Virus record (IMG/VR): IMGVR_UViG_2700989507_000006
DNA from: a virus
Lineage: Duplodnaviria; Heunggongvirae; Uroviricota; Caudoviricetes
Direction: 5' to 3' (one strand)
DNA length: 64,000 bases
The notes beneath the pieces were generated by a model. That model worked only from the letters and a program-made list of their open reading frames with translations, searched no databases and was not told the origin of the DNA. The translations under genes were made by a program, and so were the position numbers. Every line of letters starts with the position of its first letter. Position 1 is the stretch's first letter. Shown here piece by piece: positions 61,254-64,000 of this stretch.

Positions 61254-62348
61254 TCACGAGAAGCTCTTTTCTGATGTCAGCCAACAGTGCTCGTGCAAAT
61301 CTCTTGGTGGTTTTTCGACAAATGCCTCTTCAGCTACATCCCGCCAGGGAATTTGTTTAGCCCATTCAGCTATAGCGTTATGGTTTGCTGAGAATAACGG
61401 TATTGTATAGGCTTTCAGCCAGTCTAATGTGCTGGAGTTGTGTTTTTGAGCGTGATGTTTCGCATGGTGTTTGGCGATCACGATCGTAGGCACTACCCAT
61501 TTACTACCGTCAGTCATTGTGAAGTGCATATTACGGGGAACAGATGATTTTTCCATCAACTCCCGAATCCCAGGGAATTTCCCCAAGATCAATCGGCGAT
61601 ATTTATCGCTATTGCACCCACCAAACTCTTTGGCTTTATATTCAAGATATGCTTCAGAAACGAGAGGTGAATCCTCTGTGCTGAGAGTTATAGCCGTGAA
61701 AATACCAGCAGGATTGTTCTCACTATGGGCCAACCGGTGATGCGAATCATAAAAATACCCTTTCTCTCGTTCCGATGGTTTCGACAGCAACAGCAGGCGC
61801 GAATCATAACCGGTCAAATTGCCTGTTATCACAGCATGAGCGCGGTCGCTGATTTCTGCCGCGTTAATAACGATGAAGAGATCATGCGGCCCAGTAAAAC
61901 CAGCCAGAGATTCTTCGTTATTCAGACAATAGTTTAAATATACACATCCCCATGCTTCACTGATATGTACCAACCCTTTTTCAGGGTGCAGTTTGAAATG
62001 ATTGCCAAGAAAAGGGTGTTTCTTGATAACCTGCGCCCAATAACAGCACATATAGTCAATTATATTGTTTCGACTATCGTTAATAGCAGGAGAAACAACC
62101 ACTGTACGGGAACACGAATACAGTATTGTTTGCAGGATGCTAATCACTGCCACAATAGAGGTTTCCCCAATACCATGTGGTGTGGTGGCAGTGACTTTGG
62201 CTCCGGTGTTCTTTATCGCGTTAATAATTTTTGCTTGATGAGGTGTTAACTTAATATCAAGCAACTCTTTTGCTGCCAGTTCCCAATTGTCTTTATACCG
62301 TTCTATCAGTGCTAACCAGGCAGATTCATTCTGTATACGATTAATCAC
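61254..62348 (-). CDS. hypothetical protein
   Basis: 364-aa ORF, last gene of ssb operon; Cys/His-rich; no confident family. Confidence 0.5.
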   Translation of the reverse strand: MINRIQNESAWLALIERYKDNWELAAKELLDIKLTPHQAKIINAIKNTGAKVTATTPHGIGETSIVAVISILQTILYSCSRTVVVSPAINDSRNNIIDYMCCYWAQVIKKHPFLGNHFKLHPEKGLVHISEAWGCVYLNYCLNNEESLAGFTGPHDLFIVINAAEISDRAHAVITGNLTGYDSRLLLLSKPSEREKGYFYDSHHRLAHSENNPAGIFTAITLSTEDSPLVSEAYLEYKAKEFGGCNSDKYRRLILGKFPGIRELMEKSSVPRNMHFTMTDGSKWVVPTIVIAKHHAKHHAQKHNSSTLDWLKAYTIPLFSANHNAIAEWAKQIPWRDVAEEAFVEKPPRDLHEHCWLTSEKSFS

Positions 62349-63135
62349 TTTCCACCTCTTCCGTGGTGTTTTCTTGCAGTTCTGTTAATGCAGCACGACA
62401 CAGGTTCCGGGCATTGGCTATAGCCACACTTTTTACCTCATCCGTCATTGTGCAGGTAATGTACTGATCGAGTTCTTCAGCTCGGATGATGCTTTTCCCA
62501 ATCATAAACTCTATTTGCCAGAGCAGATCGGCATCCATCGTCAGTATTTCAGCCTGGCCTTCTGGGCCTGCGGGGAAGCAAACATAAGACTGTTTGCCCA
62601 GGCCGATAACTCGACAACTTGCTTCAAGAATTGCACGCTTGAGGTCTAACTTTGTAACTGAAACAGGTTGATTTTCACCTGTGATTACGCCATTGACATG
62701 GACGTGGAAGGGCATGTAGCTTGAAATTCGCTCTACTTTCCATACGCCAGCAAGCGATCCTTCATGCAGCACAATGGGGGTAACCGCGAGTTTCATCTCA
62801 CCATATAACTGCTGGCAGATAGCTGGATTGCTGAATACATCCAAAGGTTCACACTCAAACAGCGGCGCAATCTGCATGAGGTCCATCATGGTCATACCAG
62901 GGGTACGAGCAGTAATGAATCTGCGCATTCCAGTATCCATTGTGCGCCAGATAGCTACACCATGCTTTTTGCTCACTTCTTCAGTAAAGCCAAGGTGGCA
63001 CATGATGGTTTTTTCGATAGCCAGATCAGAGATAGAAACCTTTTCGCCTGGCACTCCATCATTATTGATGGTCACTTCGACACTCTGGCCATTACGTAGG
63101 CGGTATTGAATGGTTTTAGTATTTTGTGCTGTCAT
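62341..63135 (-). CDS. hypothetical protein
   Basis: 264-aa ORF between ssb and the 364-aa gene; 8-nt overlap with downstream gene. Confidence 0.5.
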   Translation of the reverse strand: MTAQNTKTIQYRLRNGQSVEVTINNDGVPGEKVSISDLAIEKTIMCHLGFTEEVSKKHGVAIWRTMDTGMRRFITARTPGMTMMDLMQIAPLFECEPLDVFSNPAICQQLYGEMKLAVTPIVLHEGSLAGVWKVERISSYMPFHVHVNGVITGENQPVSVTKLDLKRAILEASCRVIGLGKQSYVCFPAGPEGQAEILTMDADLLWQIEFMIGKSIIRAEELDQYITCTMTDEVKSVAIANARNLCRAALTELQENTTEEVESD

Positions 63136-63232
63136 AGTCTTTTCTCTGCTTAAAAACTGATGTATTGCGCCTTCAGGTTGGTTAGGAATGTTTTCCCACC
63201 AGCGAAAGCAATATCTCGGGGTGTTCTATTCG

Positions 63233-63721
63233 TTAAAACGGAATATCGTCTTCAAAGTCCATTGGAGGTTCGTTATTGGCGTTGCTCTGAGGTTTACCGC
63301 CACCGCTGTATTGCTGGTGGTTTTGAGGTTGGTTTGACTGCCCCCAGCCATTTGAGGACTGTGAATCGTCGCGGCGAGCGCCGATCATTTGCATGGTGCC
63401 GCCCTGGCTGACGATAATTTCCGTCGTGTAACGTTCTACACCGGCGTCATCTGTCCACTTACGGGTTTTAAGTTTCCCTTCGATGTAGACCTGAGAACCT
63501 TTTCGTAAATATTCACTCGCAATTTCAGCAAGTTTTCCGAACAAAACGACTTTATGCCATTCTGTTTGCTCTTTCTGTTGGCCCGTTTGCTTGTCGCGCC
63601 ATGATTCATTCGTTGCGATGCTGAGTCTTCCGACCGCTCCGCCATTTGGTATATACCTGATCTCCGGGTCTTGCCCCAGGGTACCAATCAGGATGACTTT
63701 GTTTACACCGCGTTGTGCCAC
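63233..63721 (-). CDS. ssb: single-stranded DNA-binding protein
   Basis: 162 aa; OB-fold N-domain, Gly/Gln-rich linker, acidic C-terminal tail ending DDIPF. Confidence 0.9.
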   Translation of the reverse strand: MAQRGVNKVILIGTLGQDPEIRYIPNGGAVGRLSIATNESWRDKQTGQQKEQTEWHKVVLFGKLAEIASEYLRKGSQVYIEGKLKTRKWTDDAGVERYTTEIIVSQGGTMQMIGARRDDSQSSNGWGQSNQPQNHQQYSGGGKPQSNANNEPPMDFEDDIPF

Positions 63722-63740
63722 TTATCTTACCTAATAAAAT

Positions 63741-63757
63741 AAATTAATTAGAGCAAT
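63741..63757 (-). promoter_or_regulatory. C1-repressor operator (ATTGCTCTAATTAATTT)
   Basis: 16/17 match, ~20 nt upstream of ssb start. Confidence 0.55.
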
Positions 63758-63890
63758 AATGTATATCTTTGAAACGTAGCTAACAAGTGATTTGCATTAT
63801 CCTGTGCCTTCTAAAGGGATCGAGTCAGTCGGTATTGGCTGTGAATGGGTGTTTGTCCTGGAGCGTAAAAAATTCGCTTATGAGGTCTTT

Positions 63891-64000
63891 ATGAAGGGAA
63901 AAACAGCCGCAGGAGGCGGTGCAATTTGCGCTATCGCGGTGATGATTACCATCGTGATGGGTAATGGCAATGTGCGAACCAACCAGGCGGGGCTTGAGCT
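63891..64000 (+). CDS. small membrane protein, N-terminal part (runs off window end)
   Basis: ATG 63891 after GAGG RBS; MKGKTAAGGGAICAIAVMITIVMGNG hydrophobic start. Confidence 0.35.
   Translation, partial: MKGKTAAGGGAICAIAVMITIVMGNGNVRTNQAGLE

Overview
This 64-kb window reads as one contiguous stretch of a P1-family temperate myovirus that is maintained as a plasmid (phage-plasmid), not chromosomal DNA. Every call is from reading the sequence and remembered family features; no database search was possible. Recognised backbone: repA flanked by 19-bp iteron arrays (5 upstream, 9 downstream) with DnaA boxes and a GATC cluster; parA-parB-parS; the lytic replicon and immunity block repL-kilA-ant-icd-c4; a DnaB-family helicase (ban) operon carrying tRNA-Ile, tRNA-Thr and tRNA-Asn; an RdgC homologue and a fused C5-cytosine/N6-adenine methyltransferase (dmt); head, sheath, tube, baseplate, tape-measure/transglycosylase (sit) and tail-fibre genes with the Cin-invertible ~4.2-kb segment; holin/antiholin plus the head-packaged antirestriction (dar) operon; ssb. 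At least nine copies of the 17-bp C1-type operator and a recurring late-promoter motif are present. I found no IS element, integrase, CRISPR array, resistance gene or obviously foreign cargo island; I could not identify a clearly novel system, and gene order looks like the canonical backbone. Most worth a second look: (i) a ~0.8-kb array of long imperfect hairpin repeats, including a tRNA-sized palindrome abutting tRNA-Thr, inside the helicase operon; (ii) an 11-residue peptide motif shared between the signal-peptide (Sim-type) protein and the tape-measure/transglycosylase; (iii) a candidate frameshift extension in the gene just upstream of sit; (iv) a repressor-controlled promoter that runs into an intrinsic terminator after ~150 nt; (v) several enzymes of unknown role (GT-B glycosyltransferase, PP-loop/ASCH pair, tandem paralogues, HExxH protein). 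ORF-track starts use alternative start codons, so several 5' ends are approximate.
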